A stretch of 64,000 bases of DNA, taken from assembly GCF_009914755.1 (NCBI RefSeq), contig NC_060938.1; one strand, 5' to 3'. Shown piece by piece: positions 29,165-47,878 of the stretch. The notes below the pieces were generated by a model, which was not told where the DNA came from, did not search any database, and worked only from the letters and a program-made list of their open reading frames with translations. The first letter of the stretch is position 1. Every line of letters starts with the position of its first letter. The translations under genes and the position numbers were made by a program. This DNA comes from the human T2T-CHM13v2.0 reference genome, Homo sapiens.

Positions 29165-32100
29165 TGACACATCTCTGAACTGATCAACAAAGTGATGTAA
29201 CCCTTGTCTAGGCTCTGCCTACAGGGGCTTTGTGACATATCTCTGTACTGATCACCCAGGTGATGGGACTTTTGTCTAGGCACTGCCTATGGGCGCATTG
29301 TGACATATCTCTACACTGATCACCCAGGTGATGTAACCCTTGTGTTGGATCTGCCTATGGGGCCATTGTGACACATTTCTGCACTGATCACCCAGGTGAT
29401 TGGACTCTTGTCTAGGCTCCGTATATGGGAGCTTTGTGATATATCTCTGCACTGATCAACCAGGTGATGTAACGCTTGACTAGGTTCTGCCTACGGGGCA
29501 TAGTGACATATTACTGCATTGATCACTGACGTGATGTAACTCTTGTCCAGGCTCTGCCTATAGGGGGCCTTGTGACATATCTCTGCACTGATGATCTACG
29601 TGATGTAACTCTTGCTTGCGCTCTGCCTGCAGGGGGCATTGTGAAATATCTCTGCACTGATTACTCAGGTGATGGGACTCTTCTCTAGGCTCTGCCTACT
29701 GGGGGCATAGTCACATATTTCTGCACTGCTCACCCAGGTGACGGACTTTTGTCTTGGATTTGCCTATGGGGGCGTTGTGACATAGCTCTGCACTGATCAC
29801 CCAGGTGATGTAACTCTGGTCTAAGCTCTGCCAAAAGGGGCATTGTGAAAGATCTCTGCAATGATCACTCAGGTGTTGTAACTATTGTCTGGGCTCTGCT
29901 TAAAGGGGCCTTGTCACGTATCTCGGCACTCATCACCCAGGTGATGTAACTCTTGTCTAGGCTCTGCTTACAAGGGGTATTGTGATATATATCTCTGCAC
30001 CAATCACCTAAGTGATGTAACAATTGTGTAGGCTCTGCCTACAAGGGCATTTTGACATATCCTTGCACTGTTAACCGAGGTGATGTAACTCTTGTCTAGG
30101 CTGTGCCCACAGGGGGTTTGAGACATATCTCTGCACTGATCCCGAGGTGATCCAAATCTTGCCTGTTCTCTGCCTACTGGGAACATTGTGACATATCTCT
30201 GCACTGATCTATCATAGTGCTGTAACTTTAGTCTAGGCTCTGGCTACACCGCATTGTGACATATCACTGCACTGATCACCCAGGTGATATAACATTTGTC
30301 TAGGCTCTGCCAACAGGGGGCTTGTGACATATCTCTGCACTGATCACCCAGGTGATGTAACTCTTGTCTAGGCTCTGCCTACAGTGGCATTTTGACATAT
30401 CACTGCACTGATCACCGAGATGATGTAACTGTTTTATAGGCTTCGCCGACAGGGGGCATTGAGACATATCTCTGCACTGATCACCGAGGTGATGCAACTC
30501 TTGTCTGGGATCTGCTTATTGGGGGCATTGTGACTTGTCTCTGCCCTGATCACCCAGGTGATGTAACTCTTGTCTAGGCTCTGCCTACTGGAGACATTGT
30601 GACATATCTCCACACTGATCACCCAGGTGATGTCACTTTTGTCAAGGATATGTCTACAGGGCATTGTGACAAGTCACTGCGCTGCTCACACACCTGATGT
30701 AAATCTTGTCTAGGCTCTGGCTACAGGGGACTTGTGAGATATCTCTGCACACATCACCCAGGTGATATAAACTTTGTCTAGGCTCTGCCAAAAGGGGGCA
30801 TTGTGACATAACTCTGCACTGATCACCCAGGTGATGGGACTCTTGTCTAGGCTCTGCCTACAGGGGCATTGTGACATATCTCTGCTCTGATCATCCAAGT
30901 GATGCAACACTTGTCTAGGGTCTGCCTAAAGAGACTTTGTGACATAACTCTGCACTGATCATCCAGGTGATGGGGCTTTTGTCTAGGCTCTGCCTAAGGG
31001 GGCATTGAGACATATTTCTGCACTGATCACCCAGGTGACAGACTCTTGTCTTGGATCTGCCTATGGCGGCATTGTGACATATCTCTGCACTGATCACCCA
31101 GGTGATGTAACTGTTGTATAAGCTCTGCCTACTGGGGAATTGTGAGAGATCTCGCCACTGATCACCCAAGTGATGTAACTATTGTCAAGGTTTGGCCTAC
31201 AGGGGGCTTTGTGACATACCTTTGCACTGATCACCCAGGTGATGGACTCTTGTCTTGGATCTGCCTATGGGGGCATAGTGACATATCTCTGCACTGATCA
31301 CTCATGTGATGTAACGCTTTTCTAAGCTGCGCCTAAAGGGGAATTGTGACAGATATCTCCACTGATCACCCAGGTGATGTAACAATTTTCTGGGATTTGT
31401 CTACAGGGGGCTTTGTGACATATCTTTGCGCTGATCACAGAGGAGATGTAACACTTGTCTAGGCTCGGCCTACAGGGGCTTTGTTTCATATTTCTGAACT
31501 GATCACCCAGGTGATGTAACTGTTGTTTAGGCTCTGCCTACAGAGGCTTTGTGACATATCTCTGCACTGATCGCCCAGGTGATGTAACTCTTGTCTAGGC
31601 TCCACCTACAGGGGGTATTGTGACGTATCTATGCACTGATCACCGAAGTGATGTAACTCTTGTCTAGGCTCCACCTACAGGATGTATTGTGACATATCTT
31701 TGCACTGATCACCCAGCTGATGTAACATTTATCTGGGCTCTGTCTACGGGGGCGTTTTGACATAGCTCTGCACAGATCACCTAGGTTATGTAACTCTTGT
31801 CCCCTCTCTGCCTACAGGGTGTATTGTGAAATATCTCTGCACTAATCACCCAGGTGATGGGACTCTTCTCTATACTCTTCCTAGAGGGGGATTTGTGACT
31901 TATCTTTCCACTGATCACTCAGGAGATGGAAGTCTTGTCTAGGCTCTGTCTATGGGGGCATTGTGTCAAATATCTGCACTGATCACCCAGGTGATGTAAC
32001 TCTTGTCTAGGCTCTGTGTACAGGGATTTTTGTGACATATTACTGCACTGATCACCGTGGTGATGTAAGCCCTGTATGGGCTTTGCCTATAGAAGGCTTT

Positions 32101-33112
32101 AAGACATATCTATGCAGTGATCTCTGAGGTGAGGCAACTCTTGTCTAGGCTCTGCCTACAGGGGACATTGGTACGTATCTCTGCACTGATCACCTTGGTG
32201 ATTGGCTGTTGTCTTAGATCTGCCTTCGTGGACATTGTGACACATCTCTGAACTGATCAACCAAGTGATGAAACTCTTGTCTAGGCGCTGCCTACAGGGG
32301 CTTTGTGACACATCTCTGCACTGATCACCCTTGGGAGGGAACTATTGTCTACACTCTGCCTACAGGAGGCTTTATGACTTATACCTGCACTGATAAGCTA
32401 GGTGATGTAACACTTGTCTAGGCTCTGTCTACATGGGAATTCTCACATATCTCTGCACTGATCACCCAGGTGATGTAACTGCTGTCGTGGTTCAGCCTAC
32501 AGGAGCATTTTGACATATCTCTGCACTGATCACCCAGGTGATGTAACCCTTGTCTAATCTCTGCCTACAGGGTCATTGTGACAGATCTCTCCACTGCTCA
32601 CCCAGGTGATGTAACAATTGTCTGGACTTTGCCAACAGGGGGCTTTGTGATATACATTTCCACTGATCAAACAGGTGATGTAACCCTTGTCAAGGTTCTG
32701 CTTACAAGGGCTTTGTGACATTGCTCTGCACTGATCACCCCAGGAGGAAACACTTGTCTATATTCTGGCTACAGAGACTTTATGACTTATTCCTGCCCTG
32801 ATCACTAGGTGATGTAACACTTGTCTAGGCTCTGTCTACACGGGAATTTTCACATATATCTACACTGATCACCTAAGTGATTTAACCCTTCTCTAGGTTC
32901 AGCCTACTGGGGATTTCTGAAATACATATGCACTGATCACCGAGGTGATGTAAATTATTTCCAGGCTTTTTGTACAGGGGACATTGTGATATATCTCTGC
33001 ACTGAACACCCAAATGATGCACATCTTCTCTAGGCTCCGCAGGGAGGGGGCATTGTGATATATTTCTGAACTGAACATCCAGGAGATGTAACTATTCTCC
33101 AGGCTTTGACTA
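29165..33112 (-). repeat. Beta-satellite array
   Basis: Tandem 68-69 bp monomers. Confidence 0.95.
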
Positions 33113-33818
33113 AAGAGAGTCGGAAAGTGTTGGGAGAGCCTCAGGAGGAATTTCACGGATGAATAAGGGCACGGAAGAGGCCACCAGGCTCCCTTGAGCG
33201 ACAGCTGGGGTGCGCAATGAGCGCAGATCTAGCCAGGAGGCTGGCAAAGAGAGCTAGAGGTCTGCGTTCTGCCACCAGGCGCTCCATGGTGGCAGCTGGG
33301 AGGCTGCAGGGGCACGGGTGGGCCGGCGATGGTGGCGCGGAGGCACAGAGGAGGAGAGCCGCCGGAAGGCTGTCAGGCCTGGATGCTGCACTGGCCCCGT
33401 GTTTGGCGGCATGGGTGTCTCCACCCAGCCCATGGGAGGATGCATTTTCCGGGTTTGGGGGTGGGGGTGGGGAAGGGGTGGTCAGGCGGGGGTGGGGTGG
33501 TGAATAGGCATGAGAGCTCTGCCCGCGCTGCTGCCACAGCCCAGGCGGCTGCGTGCATACCCGCGGGTGCGCAGTAGGCGGCCCACCTGCTGGTACCTGG
33601 CCCGGCTCGGGGATCCCCGGGATGCCCAGGAAAGAATGGCAGTTCTCCGCCCTGTGGAGTCTCTCACCGGGCCTAGACCAAGAAGGCAGGAATCCCAGGC
33701 TGGTCAGCCGGGTGGAGGGTGCGGGGGGAAGACACGCCCCTTCATAGCGAGCCAGGAGTTCCCCTCGAAAACGAGGCCACCGCCCTGATCCAACCCGACC
33801 CCGTCCCATACCGGCGTC

Positions 33819-35531
<1,713 letters not shown>

Positions 35532-35789
35532 CTATTGCCGGGACAGTCTCACACACGCAGGCGTGTGGCTCTCATTCATTTCCACGTGGAAGACCAGATC
35601 GAGACCCCAGAGAGAAGATGCCTCCCCGGCGTGATGGCCTGACGTTGGATTCCCGTGTGCGGCAACATGGGGAGTCTGCAGTGTGGCCAGTTTGGAAACT
35701 GGCAAGGAGAGCGAAGGCACCATGGCGGTCTTCCACCCTTCCCTGCATGTTTCTCGGTGCCTGCAGGGCTCCGGGAGCAAACAGTCAGC

Positions 35790-38700
35790 ATGACACATCT
35801 CTGAACTGATCAACAAAGTGATGTAACAATTGTCTAGGCTCTGCTAACAGTGGGTATTGTGACTTATCTCTGCACTGATCAACTTAGTGATGTAACAATT
35901 GTGTAGGCTCTTCCTACAGGGGGATTTTGACATATCTCTGCATTGTTAACCGAGGTGATGTAACTCTAGTCTAGGCTGTGCCCACATGGGGATTGAGATA
36001 TATCTCTGCACTGATCCCGAGGTGATCCAAATCTTGCCTGGTCTCTGCCTACTGGGGACATTGTGACACATCTCTGCACTGATCTCTCAGGTGCTGCAAC
36101 TTTAGTCTAGGCTCTGTCTACACGGCATTGTGACGTATCACTGCAATGATCACCCAGGTGATATAACTCTTGTCTAGGCTCTGTCTACAGGGGGCTTGTG
36201 ACATATCCCTGCACTGATCACCCAGGTGATATAACTCTTCTCTAGGATCTGCCTACAGGGTGCTTTGTGACATATCCCTGCAATGATCACCCAGGTGATA
36301 TACCACTTGTCAAGGCTCTGCCTACAGGGGCATTGTGATGTATCTCTGCACCGATCACCTTGGTAATGTAACTCTTGTCTAGGTTCTGCCTACAGTGGCA
36401 TTGTGACATATCTCTGCACTGATCACCCAGGTGATGTAACTCTTGTCTAGGCTCTGCTTACAGGGGGTATTGTGAGATATCTCTGCACTGATCACCCAGG
36501 TGATGTAACTCTTGTCTAGGCTCTGCCTACAGGGGCATTTTAACATATCACTGCACTGATCACCGAGATGATGTAACTCTTGTATAGGCTTCGCTGACAG
36601 AGGGCATTGAGACATACCTCTGCACTGATCAGCCACGTGATGCAACTCTTGTCTGGGATCTGCTTATAGGGGGCATTGTGACATATCTCTGCCATGATCA
36701 CGCAGGTGATGTAACTCTTCTCTAGGCTTCGCCTACTGGAGACATTGCGACATATCCCCGCACTGATCACCCAGGTGATGTCACTTTCGTCAAGGATATG
36801 GCTGCAGGACATTGTGACATGTCACTGCAATGATCACACAGCTGATGTAACTCTTGTCTAGGCTCTGGCTACAGGGGGCTTGTATCATATCTCTGCACTG
36901 ATCACCCAGGTGATGTAACCCTTGTCTAAGCTCTGCCTACAGGGGGCATTGTGAAATAACTCTGCACTGATCACCCAGGTGATGGGACTCTTGTCTAGGC
37001 TCTGCCTACAGAGGCATTCTGACATATCTCTGCAGTGATCACGCAGGAGATGTAACTCTTGTATATGTCTGCCTACTGGCGGCATTTTGGCATATTTCTG
37101 CACTGATCACCCAGGTTATGGACTCTTGTCTTGGATCTGCCTATGGGGGCATAGTGACATATCTCTGCACTGATCACTCATGTGATGTAACGCTTGTCTA
37201 AGCTTCGCCTAAAGGGGAATTGTGACAGATATCTCCACTGATCACCCAGGTGAGGTAACAATTTTCTGGGATTTGTCTACAGGGGGCTTTGTGACATATC
37301 TTTGCACTGATCACACAGGAGATGTAACTCTTGTCTAGGCTCAGCCTACAGGCGCTTTGTGTCATATTTCAGCACTGATCACCCAGGTGATGTAACTGTT
37401 GTTTAGGCTCTGCCTACAGGGGCTTTGTGATATATCACTGCACTGATCACCCAGGTGATATAACTCTTGTCTAGGCTCCACCTACAGTGGGTATTGTGAC
37501 GTATATCTACACTGATCACACAGGTAATGTAACTACAGTCTAGGCTCCACATACAGCGTGTATTGTGACGTATCACTGCAATGATCACCCAGGTGATGTA
37601 ACATTTATCCAGGCTCTGCCTACTGGGATGTATTGAGATAGCTCTGCACAGATTACCTAGGTTACGTAACCCTTGTCCACTCTCTGCCTACATGGGGCAT
37701 TGTGAAATATCTCTGCACTAATCACCCAGGTGATGGGACTCTTCTCTATACTCTGCCTAGAGTGGGATTTGTGACATATCCCTGCAATGATCACCCAGGT
37801 GATGTACGACTTGTCAAGGCTCTGCCTACAGGGACATTGTGATGTATCTCTGCACTGATCACCTAGGTCATGTAACTCTTGTCTGGGCTCTGCCTACAGT
37901 GGCATTGTGACATATCTCTGCACTGATCACCCAGGTGATGTAACTCTTTTCTAGGTTCTGCCTAAAGGTACTTTGTGACATAACTCTGCACTGTTCATCC
38001 AGGTGATGGGGTTTTGTCTAGGCTCTGCCCCAGGGGGCATTTTGACATATTTCTGCACTGATCACCCAGGTGACAGACTCTTGACTTGGATCTGCCTATG
38101 GGGGCATTAGGACATATCTCTGTACTGATAACCCACGTGACGTAACTGTTGTATAAGCTCTGCCTTTAGGGGAATTGTGAGAGATCTCGCCACTGATCAC
38201 CCGAGGGATGTAACTACTGTCTAGGCTTTGCCTTCAGGGGGCTTTGTGACATACATTGGCACTGATCACCCAGGTGATGTAACTCATCTAAGTTCTGCCT
38301 ACATTAGCTTTGTGACACATCTCTGCACTGATCACTTAGGTGATGTAACACTTTTATAAGCACTGCCTACAGGGAATTTTGACAAATCTCCGCACTGAAC
38401 ACCTAGGTGATGTAACTCTTATCTACCCTCTGCCCAAAGGGGGCGTTGTGAAATATCTCTGCACTGATCACCCAGGTGATTCAACTCTTGCCTAGGCTCT
38501 GCCTACAGGGGCTTTTTAACATATCACTGCACTGATCACCGAGATGATGTAACTCTTGTATAGGCTTCGCCGACAGGGGCCATTGAGACATATCTCTGCA
38601 CTGATTACCGAGGTGATGCAACTCTTGTCTGGGATGTGCTTACAGGGGCATTGTGACATATCTCTGCCCTCATAACCCAGGTGATGTAACTCTTGTCTAG

Positions 38701-40555
38701 GCTCTGCCTACTGGAGACATTTTGACATATCTCCACACTGATCACCCAGCTAATGTCACTTGTGTCAAGGATATGGCTACAGGGACATTGTGACATGTCA
38801 CTGCATTGATCACACAGCTGATGTAACTCTTGTCTAGGCTCTGGCTACAGGGGGCTTGTGACACATCTCTGCACTGATCATCCAGGTGATGTAACCCTTG
38901 TCTAGGGTCTGCCAAAATGGGGCATTGGGACATAACTCTGCACTGATCACCCAGGTGATGGGCTCTTGTCTAGGCTCTGCCTACAGGGGCATTGTGACAT
39001 ATCTCTGCAGTGATCACCCAGGTGATGTAACTCTTGTCTATATCTGCCTACTGGTGGCATTGTGAGATATTTCTGCACTGATCATCCAGGTGATGGACAC
39101 TTGTCTTGGATCCCTCTATGGGGGCATAGTGACATATTTTTTCACTGATCACTCATGTGATGTATCGCTTGTCTAAGCTGCGCCTAAAGGGGAATTGTGA
39201 CAGATATCTCCATTGATCACCCAGGTGATGTAACAATTTTCTGGGATTTGTCTTCCAGGGGCTTTGTGACATATCTTTGCACTGATCACCCAGGTGATGT
39301 AACTCTTGTCTAGGCTCAGCCTACAGGGGATTTGTGACATATTTCTGCACTGATCACCCAGGTGATATAACACTTCTTTAGACTCTGCCTACAGGGGCTT
39401 TGTGACATATCTCTGTACTGATCACCCTGGTGATGTAACTCTTGTCTACGCTCCACCTACAGTGAGTATTGTGACGTATCTCTGCAGTGATCAACCAGGT
39501 GACGTAACTCTTGTCTAGGCTCCACCTACAGGAGGTATTGTGACGTATCTGTGCACTGATCACTCAGGTGATGTAACATTTGTCTAGGATCTGCCTACCG
39601 GGGCGTTTTGACATAGCTCTGCACAGATCACCTAGATTATGTAACTCTTGTCCACTCTCTGCCTACAGGGGGCATTGTGAAATATCTCTGCCCTGATCAC
39701 CCAGGTGATGGTACTCTTCTCTATACTCTTCCTAGAGGGGGATTTGTGATATATCTCTGCACTGATCACCCAGGTGATGGAAGTCTTGTCTAGGCTCTGT
39801 CTATGGGAGCATTGTGTCAAATATCTGCCCTGATCACCCAGGTGATGTAACTCTTTTCTAGGCTCTGTCTACAGGGATTTTTGTGACATGTCACTGCACT
39901 GATCACCTAGGTGATTTAACTCTTGTACGGGCTTTGCATACAGAAGGTTTTGTGACATATCTATGCACTGATCTCTGAGGTGATGCAACTCTTGTCTAGG
40001 AACTGCATACAGGGGACATTGGTACATTTCTCTGCACTGATCACCCAGGTGATGCACTCTTGTCTTAGATCTGCGTATATGGACATTGTGACACATCTCC
40101 AAACTGATCAACCTAGTGAAGAACTCTTGTCTATGCTCTGCCTACAGGGGCTTTGTGACACATCTCTGCACTGATCACCCTGTGGAGGGAACTATTGTCT
40201 ACGCTCTGCCAACAGGAGGCTTTATGACTTATACCTGCACTGATCACTAGGTGATGTAATACTTGTCTAGGCTCTGTCTACACGGGAATTTTCACATATC
40301 TCTACACTGATCACCTAAGTGATGTAACCTTTGTCTAGGTTCAGCATACTGGGGATTTCTGACATACCTATGCGCTGATCACCGAGGTGATGTAAATCAT
40401 TTCCAGGCTTTTTGTACAGGGGACATTGTGATATATCTTTGCACTGATCACCCAAATGATGCAACTCTTCTCTACGCTCCTCAGGGTGGGGGCATTGTGA
40501 CATATTTCTGAACTGATCATCCAGGAAATGTAACTATTCTCCAGGGTTTGACTAA
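35790..40555 (-). repeat. Beta-satellite array
   Basis: Tandem 68-69 bp monomers. Confidence 0.95.
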
Positions 40556-41259
40556 AGAGCGTCGGAAGGTGTTGGGAGATCCTCAGCCACACTTTCACGG
40601 AAGTACAAGGGCACAGAGAAGCCAGCGGGCTCCCTTGCACGTCAATGGGGTGCGCAATGAGCAGAGGTCTAGCCAGGAGGCCAGCAAAGAGAGCTAGAGG
40701 TCTGCGTTCCGCCACCAGATGCTCCATGGTGGAAGCTGGGAGGCTGCAGGGGCACGGGCGGGCCGGGGACGGTGGCGTGGAGGCACAGAGGAGGCCTGCT
40801 GCCCCAGGGGTGTCAGGCCTGGATGCTGCCCGGACTCGGTGTTTCAAATGATGGGGGTCTCCACCCAGCCCAGAGGAGGACGCATTTTCCGGGGGTGTGG
40901 GGTGGAGGTGGGGAGGTGGCTGTCAGGAGGGGGTGGGGTGGTGGAAAGACATGAGAGCTCTGCCCAGGCTGCTCCCACAGCCCAGGCGGCTGCCCGCAAA
41001 CCCGCGCGTGTGCAGTAGGCGGCCAACCTGATTGTATATGGGTCGGCTCTGGGATCCCCGGGATGCCCAGGAAAGAAAGGCAGTTCTCCGCTGTGAGGAG
41101 CCTCTCACTGGGCCTAGTCCTAGAAGGCAGGAATCCCAGGCCAGTGAGCCCAGTGGAGGGGGCGGGGGGAAGACACGCCCCTCCATAGCCAGCAAGGTGT
41201 TCCCCGCGAAAGAGAGGCCATCGCCCTGCCCGGACCCGACCCCGTCCCAACCCCGCGTC

Positions 41260-42740
<1,481 letters not shown>

Positions 42741-43320
42741 GGAAGGGTCTCAGGGCATCGAGGCACACGGCCAGGGGGTGGGTTGGGAGGGGAGGGCGTG
42801 GTGATGATGGTGTTGGGTCCGGAAAGACGAAGAGGAAGGGGGCGAGGGGGAAGGGGTGAGGGGGGCGCATTTCAGGGGCTGGCTCTCCGGACCACTCCAG
42901 GAATCCCGCGGGAACTGGAAGCCACTCTCTGGGCTCCCACGCGTCTTCAGCAGGGAGAAACTGGCCGGGGAGGGTGGACGGGAGTGTGGAACTGAACCCC
43001 CGTGGGAGTCTTGAGTGTTCCAGGCCCTCTCTCCGTGAAGGAGGCAATGCCTGTGGGTGTAGCCATTGCCAGGACAGTCTGACACAGGCAGTCGTGTGGC
43101 TCTCGTTCATTTCCAAGTAGGAGAGCAGAGCGAGACCCCAGAGAGAAGATGCCTCCCCCGCGTGATGGCCTGACGATGGATTCCCGTATGCGGCAATATG
43201 GGGAGTATGAAGTGTGGCCGATTTGGAAACTGGAAAGGAGAGAGAAGGCAGCATGCCGGTCTTCCACCCTTCCCTGCATGTTTCCGGGTGCCAGCACAGC
43301 TCCAGGAGCAAACAGTCAGC

Positions 43321-46300
43321 ATGACACATGTCTGAACTGATAAACAAAGTGATGTAAATCTTGTCTAGGCTCTGCCTACGGGGGCTTTGTGACATATCTC
43401 TGCACTGATCACCCAGGTGATGGGACTTTTGTCTAGGCTCGGCCTATGGGGGCATTATGACATATCTCTAAACCTATCACCCAGGTGATGTAATTCTTGT
43501 GTTACATCTGCCTATGGGGGCATTGTGACATATTTCTGCACTGATCACCCAGGTGATGGGACCCTTGTCTAGGCTCTGGGTAAGGGGACTTTGTGATATA
43601 TCTCTGCACTGAACAGCCAGGTGATGTAACGCTTGACTAGGCTCTGCCTATGGGGCATAGTGACATATCACTGCATTGATCACCGAGGTGATGTAACTCT
43701 TGTCTAGGCTCTGCCTATAGGGGGCATTGTGACATATCTGTACACTGATCAACTAGGAGATGTAACTCTTGCTTACGCTCTGCCTGCAGGGGCATTGTGA
43801 AATATCTCTGCACTGATCACCCAGGTGATGGGACTATTCTCTAGGCTGTACCTACTGGGGGCATTGTCACATATTTCTGCACTGATCACCCAGGTGACAG
43901 ACTCTTGTCTTGCATTCGCCTATGGAGGCATTGTGACATATTTCTGCACTGATCACCCAGGTGATGTAACTCTGGTCTAAGCTCTGCCTAAAGGGGCATA
44001 GTGACAGATCTCTGCACTGATCACTCAGGTGGTGTAACTATTGTCTAAGCGCTACTTAAAGGGGCCTCATCACATATCTCTGCACTGATCACCCAGGTGA
44101 TGTAACTTTTGTCTAGGCTCTGCTTACAGGGGGTATTGCGACATATCTCTGCAATGATCACCTGAGTGATGTAACACTTGTGTAGGCTCTTCCTACAGGC
44201 ACATCTTGATATATCTCTCCACTGTTAACCGAGCTGATGTAACACTTGTCTAGGCTGTGCCCACAGGGCGATTGAGACATATCTCTGCACTGAACCCGAG
44301 GTGATCCAAATATTGCCTGGTATCTGCCTACTTGGGACATTGTGAAATATCTCTGCACTGATCTCCCAGGTGCTATAACTTTCGTCTAGGCTCTGCTTAC
44401 ACTGCATTGTGACATATCACTGCACTGATCACCCAGGTGATATTACTCTTGTCTAGGCTCTGCCTACAGGGGGCTTGTGAAATATCTCTGCACTGATCAC
44501 CCAGGTGATATAACTCTTCTCTAGGATCTGCCTACAAGGTGCTTTGTGACATATCGCTGCAATGATTACCCAGGTGATGTAACTGTTGTATTAGTTCTGC
44601 CTACAGGGGAACTGTGAGAGATCTCGCCACTGATCACCCAAGTGATGTAACTATTGCCTAGGCTTTGCCTACAGGGGGCTTTGTGACATATCTTTGCACT
44701 GATCACCCAGGTGATGTAACTCATCAAAGTTCTGCCTACAAGAGCTTTGTGACATATCTCCACACTTATCACTTAGGTGATGTAACACTTTTATAAGAAC
44801 TGCCTACAGGGAATTTTGACAAATCTCTGCACTGATCACCTAGGTGATGTAACCCTTGTCTACCCTCTGCCCAAAGGGGGCATTGTGAAATATCACTGCA
44901 CTGATCACCAGGTGATTCAACTCTTGTCTAGGATCTCCCTACAGGGGGTATTGTGAAATACCTCTGCACTGAACAACTAGGTGATGTAACTCTTGTCTAG
45001 GCTCTGCCTACAGGAGTGTTTTCACATATCCCTGAACTGATGACAAAGGTGATGTAACACTTGCTTAGGCTTTGCCTACAGGGGACATAGTGACATATCT
45101 CTGCACTGATCACCCAGGTGATGCAACTCTTCTCTATGCTCTGCCTACAGGGGCTTTGTGACATATCTCTGCACTGATCACCCAGGTGATGAAACTCTTT
45201 TCTAGTCTCTGCCTACAGAGGGTGTTGCGACATCACTCTGCACGGATCACTCTGGTTATGTAACTCTTGTCTAGGCTCTGCCTACGGGGGCATTGTGACT
45301 TATCTGTGCACTGATCTCCCAGGAGTTGTGACACTTGTCTAAGCTCTGCCTAGAGGGACATTGGGACATATCTCTGCACTGATCGCTGAGGTGATGTAAA
45401 ACTTGTCTAAGCTTTGCCTACAGAGGGATTTATGACCTATCTCTGCACTGATCACCCAGGTGATCTAACTTTTGTCTACGCTCTGCTTACAGGGGTATTG
45501 TGGGATATCTCTGCACTGATCACCCAGATGATGTAACACTTGTGTAGGCTCTGCCTACATTGGCATTTTAACATATCACTGCACTGATCACCGAGAAGAT
45601 GTAACTCTTTTATAGGCTTCGCTGACAGGAGGCATTGAGACATATCTCTGCACTGATCACCGAGGTGATGCAACTCTTGTCTGGGATCTGCTTACAGGCG
45701 GCATTGTGACATGTCTCTTCCCTGATCAACCAGGTGATGTACCTCTTGTCTAGGCTCTGCCTACTGGAGACATTGTGACACAACTCCGCACTGATTACCC
45801 AGGTGATGTCACTTTTGTCAAGGATATGGCTACAGGGATATTGTGACATGTCACTGCACTGATCACACAGCTCATGTAACTCTTCTGTAGGCCCTGGCTA
45901 TAAGGAGCTTGTGACACATCTCTGCACTTATCACCCAGGTGATGTAACTCTTTTCTAGGCTCTGCCAAAAGGGGGCATTGTCACATAACTGCAGTGATCA
46001 CCCAGGTGATGGGACTCTACTCTAGGCTCTGCCTACAGGGGCATTTTGACATATCTCTGCAGTGATCACACAGGTGATGTAACTCTTGTCTATATCTGCC
46101 TACTGGCGTCATTGTGGCATATTTCTGCACTGATCACGCAGGTGATGGACTCTTGTCTTGAATCTGCCTACGGGGGCATAGTGACATATCTCTGCACTGA
46201 TCACTCATGTGATGTAACGCTTGTATAAGCTGGGCCTAAAGGGGAATTGTGACAGATATCTCCATTGATCACACAGGTGATGTAGCAATTTTCTCGGATT

Positions 46301-47878
46301 TGCCTACAGGGGGCTTTGTGACATATTTTTGCACTGATCACCCAGGAGATGTAACACTTTTCTAAGCTCTGCCTACAGGTGATTTGTGACATATTTCTGC
46401 ACTGATCACTAAGGTGATATAACTCTTGTTTAGGCTCTGCCTACAGGGGCTTTGTGACATATCTCTGTACCGATCATCCAGGTGATGTAACTCTTGTCTA
46501 GGCCCCACCTACTTTGGGTATTGTGATGTATCTCTGCACTGATCACCCAGGTGATGTAACATTTATCTTGGCTCTGCCTACAGGGGCGTTTTGACATAGC
46601 TCTGCACAGATCAACTAGGTTACGTAACTCTTTTCCACTCTCTGCCTACAGGGAGCATTGTGAAATATCTCTGCACTGATCACCCAGGTGATGGGACTCT
46701 TCTCTATACTCTGCCTAGAGGGGGAATTGCGACATATCTCTGCACTGATCACACAGGTGATGGAAGTCTTGTCTAGGCTCTGTCTATGGAGGCATTGTGT
46801 CAAATATCTGCACTGATCATCCAGGTGATGTAACTCATGTCTAGGTTCTGTCTACAGAGATTTTTGTGACATATCACTGCACTGATCACCTAGGTGATGT
46901 AAGCCTTGTATGGGCTTTGCCTACAGAAGGCTTTGTGACATATCTATGCACTGATCTGTGAGGTGATGCAACTCTTGTCTAGGCACGGCCTCCAGGGGAC
47001 ATTGGTACATATCTCTGCACTGATCACCCAGGTGATGGACTCTTGTCTTAGATCTGCCTACATGGATATTGTGACACATCTCTGAACTGATCAACCAAGT
47101 AACGAAACTCTTGTCTGGGCTCTGCCTACAGGGCTTTGTGACACAATTCTGCACTGATTACCCTGGGGAGGGAACTCTTGTCTACACTCTGCCTACAGGA
47201 GGCTTTATGATTTATACCTGCACTGATAACCTAGGTGATGTAACACTTGTCTAGGCTCTGCCTACAGGGGAATTCTCACATATCTCTGCACTGATCACCC
47301 AGGTGATGTAACCCTTGTCTAAGCTCTGCCTACAGGGGCATTGTGACAGATCTCTCCACTGCTCACCCAGGTGATGTAACAATTGTCTGGGCTTTGCCTA
47401 CAGGGCGCTTTGTGATTTCCATTTCCACTGATCAAACAGGTGATATAATGCTTGTCAAGGTTCTGCTTACAGGGGCTTTGTGACATATCTCTGCAATGAT
47501 CACCCCAGGGAGGAAACACTTGTCTACAGTCTGCCTACAGGAGGCTTTAGAACTTATCCCTGCACTGATCACTAGGTGATGTAACACTTGTCTAGGCTCT
47601 GTCTACACGGGAATTTTCACATATCTCTACACTGTTCACCTAAGTGATGTAACGCTTTTATAGGTTGAGCCTACTGGGGATTTCTGACATACCTATGCAC
47701 TGATCACCGAGGTGATGTAAATAATTTCTAGGCTTTTTGTACGGGGGACATTGTGATATATCTCTGCACTGATCACCCAAATGATACCAATCTTCTCTAG
47801 GCTCTACAGGGAGGGGGCATTGTGACATATTTCTGAACCGATCGTCCAAGAGATATAACTATTCTCCAGGCTCTGACT
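43321..47878 (-). repeat. Beta-satellite array
   Basis: Tandem 68-69 bp monomers. Confidence 0.95.
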